A program made the translations under genes and the position numbers. A stretch of DNA of 64,000 bases, taken from the NCBI RefSeq assembly GCF_009914755.1, contig NC_060930.1; one strand, 5' to 3'. Shown here one piece after another: positions 55,796 through 64,000 of this stretch (positions are counted from its first letter, which is position 1; each line of letters opens with the position of its first letter). The notes under the pieces were generated by a model. The model searched no databases, was not told the origin of the DNA, and worked only from the letters and a program-made list of their open reading frames with translations. The DNA comes from the human T2T-CHM13v2.0 reference genome, Homo sapiens.

Positions 55796-57721
55796 TAACA
55801 TTTCATGAATGCATATTCTTTTTAAAAATATTGTTTGGCAAGTTCCTTGTGTTCATCTCTTTGAATTTGATCCCATCACTTTGAAATGAATTTTTCATAG
55901 CACCTGAATACACATATAGCAGAAGCTGGACACATTGAGAGAAAAGCTGAACACATTTACTTCTACTATGTATTTGAGACACATTTACAAGTGTTTTATA
56001 TTTTGGGGCTAGTTCACATACTACCACCTTTAATAATTCTTCCCCTATCTCCTTTTTTCTTATTAGAAATATTTAATCATATATACAGTATTGAACATCT
56101 GTACCTGATTGCAAGTTAGATTAGTGGTTCTTAGAAAAACAAAAAGCTGGAAATCCCTGCTGTTAAGGCCATTATATACCTAATGCTCAGGTGCCTCTGG
56201 ATGTACAACCAGATGAAGCCTGATGGAGTTTATCACAGCTTCTTCTAGAAAATGTGCAAATGGAGAGCTAGGAAATTATCCAAAGCACAGGACCCCATAT
56301 TTTAAATGGAGAAGGAAAGATCCATCCTGGGCAAACAGCCACCAGTTGCCTCTTCTACATCAGCTAAAACAAAGATGGGACCAGTTCTAGCCTCTACCTT
56401 TTGGAATCCATGCCACTGACAGATCAGTAGGATCTAAGAAATGTAGAAAGTGGCTAAATGAGTCCAGTGGTCATGGCTGTTTCTCACTCTGGCACATTGG
56501 AAACTTAATAGGGACTGTGGTCTCCCCTTTAGGCCCCAGCCTAGTTTCCAAGCTTCCCCAGTCTGAATAGGGAGCCCTCTAAGACTGGGCCTGGGAGTTG
56601 GTCTTCAAGGTGTGAAGATACCCCTGCTCACCTCTACCCACCAGGTCATCCTTGAAGGTTTTTAGATGTCTTTAATCTTTCTGGCTGCAAGGTTTGTTTC
56701 CTTTCCTCTCCATGCTTTGACAAAATGGCCAAAGGAGAATATTTAGAAGCCTCCTCAGCGAAGAAATGACATCTGTTTTTATTAATTCCTGATTCTTTGT
56801 CTTTCTTGGGAAATATGACTTAGACATACTTCTAAGCTTGCAAGCCCCATTTTAGAGCTCCTGGTAGATGCTATATAGTAAGTGTTTTTCTACTGAGGAC
56901 ATGAAGTCAGAAGCACATTGTTCACTGATGCACGGTTTTAAGGTGGCACGTGACTTCCAGTTCCTTCTCCATAGCAGACTCTGGGGCAGGGATGCAAATG
57001 AGCTGAATCTCTGAAGGGCCTTAAGTGGTTGCCATCTCCACCTTTCCATCTGGTCATTCCTGCAGTGGCTGAGGCATGTCCTAACCGTTACTCAAAGTCC
57101 CCTTTAGTCCATTAGCAAAACATGCTTAAGTCTGTCTCCAGTTTCTGGCAGAAATTGGTCAGATAGTTGGTTTCCATACCTGAGCACTGCTACTCCCAAG
57201 ACATCAGTTAGGGGCCAGGATCAAGTACCCAAGCAGAGACAAAATACAGAATGGATCTAGTCTCCGTTTTCACCAGTAACTCTCTGGTCCCATGCAGACA
57301 GGACTCCTAATTCATGAGCAACTGGGAGTCTATTAAAGGTAACATTAAAATGGAAATTCCCAAGTAGTAATATGGCAAGGACTTTTTTTCTTAGACTTCT
57401 TCAATTTAATGTCATAAAACATGTTTCCAATATCTTGCTTTTGTCTCAGTGCTGCTTGTGTTAGGTCCTCATTATCCCTTTTATATGAACGTTCAGTGTT
57501 TTGACATTCACAGTGAAAAAGCATGTTGACTCGTATTTAGGGCAATTATTTTTATGTCAAGTACAGGTAGAGTCTCACCTTAGCTTTGAAATTATTCAGA
57601 ATAGCAATCTCCTTAACAATCATTGTTCCTTTCCTGTATGGTCCTGATTTTAAAGAGACACAGTCCAAAGACGACTCCTCACTCACTGCTCTCTCAAACA
57701 TTTAAAGAGCACACAGAAATT

Positions 57722-57785
57722 CTTATTAAAATCCTCTCTGCTCTACTTATTAAAATCTCTGCTTATTAAAATCCTCTGTGCTCTA
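57722..57785. repeat. Local tandem triplication of CTTATTAAAATC(C)TCT
   Basis: Three adjacent copies read directly. Confidence 0.85.
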
Positions 57786-59339
57786 TGGAACAGAATATTG
57801 TAGGTCAATAAATCTAATGATTCTAACTTTCAATAAGAGGTGTTTTGGTTATGTTATCAGTTATTTATTGCTGCATAACAAATTTAAACCAACATACTGG
57901 CTTAAAATAATAAAGTGTACCCCCAAGCTCCCAATATACTCTTAATGTATTATCCCAAGAGAGACTTCTTTCTCATCCACATGTGTCTTTCCAGCATGGT
58001 ATTTGTTTACACACCACTCTGGACCATCCCCTCCTCACAATGCATCCCCTTCCAGGTTATATTTCTCCCTCCATGTGCTACATCCTGGGATTTTTTTTTT
58101 TTTTCATAGAGCCTGACTGCTTTCCTTCCATGATTCTTCATTTTGTATTTTTGTCTTTTTATCCTCAGAGAGCAGGAGAGATAGGAAAACTATAAATCCT
58201 GAATGTTAGTAATGTATATTCTCTTATATACTTATTATTTATAACACCTTCATTATTATTATTTTTCCTCCCTTTTGGGTAACAAACTGATTTGGAAAAG
58301 CAAGGCCGCATAGTGTATAAATGTAAGGAGCTTGGATTTGAATCCATGTCTGCCTGGTTCATGCTACTCCCCAAAGCAGCAGGACAGTGGTGCTGCCTAA
58401 TTTCCATTTCAGTTATCTTTTCAAATATTTTATCTTTTCTATAAAATAGAATTGAAAAATGCAAAATAATATTCACAGATTTGTTCATAAAGAACTTTAT
58501 GATATAGTCAAATGTGTGCACTTAATAATCATCTGCATTTTTGATTAATTGAAAAGGGGGAATCATTTTTCTTCAAAAATTTTTTTTAGTGATAAACAGT
58601 AATACAAACAGAGCAAGACACAGTTCCTGGCCTATCCAAGTTCAAAATCTCTAGGGGATTTTCACTCTGAGAACTGCACACACCATCCTTTGAAAAACAC
58701 TGACGTTCCATTTTCTAACCCTAGCACCTAGCAACCAGACATGGTAAGGATTCAGCAAATGCTTTTTGAATGAAATAAATCTGTATTAGACTTTTTTCCA
58801 ATACCATAATTTCAGTATTATGATTGCACATTTGTGACTGTTTTAATTTTTCAAAGACTAGCTTGAATTCATTATTGTGTCCAATTTCACTTCAAAACTC
58901 AGGGCTTTCCTTGTCCTTGATTTTGGTGTTGTAACAGTCACAAATAAATTTTTTGCTTTACTCACAGGCAACATGAGGAGAGGGAGAAAGATCTTCCTTT
59001 AAAATAAGTTGGAAGAGGAAGGCAAAAAGCTAAAGAAAGCATTAAGATTTATATGGCTGAGAAAGTGGAATTTAATGAATTAAGAACTAAAAAAGAAGAA
59101 AATGGGAGGGTCCAGCATAGGTAAAATCAGTTTAAGCAGAAAGAAAAGGAGTGATGCAGAAAATTCTGGGTCAAGAAGGTTCTTGGGCAGAACTCTCCCA
59201 GAAGTGCCGTTCCCTTAAAACAATTTGGTTATTTGAAAAATTAAATGGTAGTGGTAGGTGATTAGCCCAGGAATAAGGAATGAAAAAATGTGACAATATG
59301 TGGTATATCCATTGGATTGAGTGTCTAGCCCAAGGTTTG

Positions 59340-59500
59340 AATCGTGACACAATTCCCCCAGCAAGCCTGCCATCCTAGACTTGAACACTTCAAAGGGTGG
59401 AGAATCATGGAGGATGCGCATTATGTTGCCAGGTAACTTTGTCAATAAATTTATCCTTTTCCTGAGCTAATGTTTCTCTTCCCGTAACTTTCCACTCTTG
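59340..59500. mobile_element. CR1/L3-like ancient fragment
   Basis: GCCATCCTAGACTTGAACACTTC..GAGCTAA..TTCCCGTAACTTTCCACTCTTGG. Confidence 0.35.
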
Positions 59501-59797
59501 GAGTGATATGGAAAATTTTGGCTTCACTTATAATCATTTATCACCTCTTTGAAAACAACTCCTTTACTCATGAGTTGGTTACTGTTAATTTGTGGATTGT
59601 CTCTATTCAACTAATGAATATGCTGTTGTTGGGTGCTATAACAAGCTTAACCCCCCAAATTAAAATAATAATACACTAACAATGATGACATTTTTTGGAG
59701 GGTTTCTAAAAGCTTAAGTGGCATTGAAGGGTAGCAATAGTTTGTGGTAGAAGACAGCTTATGTTTCTCAAATCACTTTAGTAAAATAATTATGTCA

Positions 59798-60112
<315 letters not shown>

Positions 60113-60441
60113 TCATAATGCACAATCCTGCTTTCAAACATGTTAAAATGTAATAGATTTTCTCATTTCATATTTAATGTTTCTTTTTAGGATTAAAGTA
60201 ATTTAAGGTATCCATTCAAGCCTCCTTAAGAACACTTTTCCAAAATTATACTACCACTGTTATTTTGAATTAACCCAGCAAGAAATGTGCTAGCAAGAAA
60301 AGCCAGCTTTGATGGATATTTCCAAGGACTTCTTTGCAGGAGTTTACCTAGTCATTTTATTTTGTTATCTGGAAGGAAATAACTGAATTTAGTTTTAATT
60401 TTTTTAATTGTGAAATATGTCACCTATGAGGAATAGTTTAT

Positions 60442-61080
60442 TGTGATAGCATTTTGGTGTGTCAGCTTGACTAGGATGAATTACAATCCCTAGAATTACA
60501 TTTCTAGTCGCTTTCCTGTTGGGGTGGGCTACAAGGGATCATCTCCCAGGAGAGTTGGAGGACTGAAGTGAGGCGCTGACAGTTTGAGGCATAAACACCC
60601 CTACTGTCTATTAGTCAACCAAACACTAATCTAGGCTCTGCTGTGAAAGGACTCTGTAGATGTGATCATAGTCCTGAGTCATTTGGTTTTAAATTAATCA
60701 AAAAAGAGATTATCTTGGGTAGGCATAACTTAATCAGTTGGGATTTTTTAAAAACAGGGGCTAGGCCTTCCCTGAACTCGGAGATTTCAAATGGCAGCTG
60801 GACTTGCAACTTTTCTCCCTCCAAAGCCCTCTCTCATCTTTCTTCCTGACTGAAACCTATGGACAAGAAGCTCTCTCTTGTTCCCTGGGATTCTGGTTTG
60901 CTCATGATTTTCCCTTTCTCCTTGCTTGCCCAACAGACTTTGATTAGCCCCTGCTATTGCATTAGCCAATTTCTTGGAATATGTATTTGTATATACACAG
61001 ACATATATATATACACACACACACACACATATATATATATCCTACTGGTTTTGCTTCTCCTTTTGAACCCTAACTGATAA
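60442..61080 (+). mobile_element. MLT2-type ERVL solo LTR with internal (TA)n(CA)n
   Basis: TGTGATAG..TGTGTCAGCTTGACTAGG..AAACACTAATCTAGG..CCTACTGGTTTTGCTTCTC..AACCCTAACTGATA. Confidence 0.7.
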
Positions 61081-61289
61081 ACATATGAAATATGTGTCTT
61101 AAATTTAACAAATATTGACAATAAAATTCTTATACTCATCACTAATCGAAACTGAGAAATAGAATATTATCAGTTTCTTAGAAGCCCACATGTGTTCCTC
61201 TCTCTTTGCACCTTTCTTCCTCCTTCTACTCCAGCAGTAACCACTATTCTTACTTTTGAGTTAATAATTTCCTTGTTTTGTTTTCCCTA

Positions 61290-64000
<2,711 letters not shown>

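Noticed and set aside
55803-59445. Short 60-118 aa ORFs in unique sequence
   Set aside because: Lengths expected by chance, with no motifs or supporting splice structure.

Overview
Primate, almost certainly human, genomic DNA (it carries an AluYa5 with all five diagnostic substitutions). Roughly 80-85% of the window is recognisable interspersed repeat, and I see no supportable host protein-coding exon or RNA gene. All repeat family names are recognised from memory of consensus sequences, not from a database search. The window is a dense, nested graveyard of retroelements: an MST solo LTR, a complete THE1 element with an L1 3' fragment inside it, several ERV1 solo LTRs, a two-LTR HERV-T (HERVS71/LTR6) provirus with a pro-RT deletion, an ERVL pol remnant, a MER11 solo LTR, a deleted HML-5 (HERVK22/LTR22) provirus whose 3' LTR contains a full-length L1PA4-like element, a full-length old L1MA, and many Alus. 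The most notable structure is a MER57 endogenous retrovirus at 10893-27138. It has the layout of viral RNA (R-U5-internal-U3-R-A tail, about 12 bp TSD) rather than a provirus, so it looks like an L1-made processed retrocopy, later invaded by the HERV-T provirus. Other leads are an L1 ORF0 that stays open for 166 codons into the HML-5 LTR, a HERV-T env with an intact 165-aa N-terminal ORF, two Alus plus a foreign spacer inside a single TSD, a young AluYa5, and an Alu-tail (GAA)22 tract.
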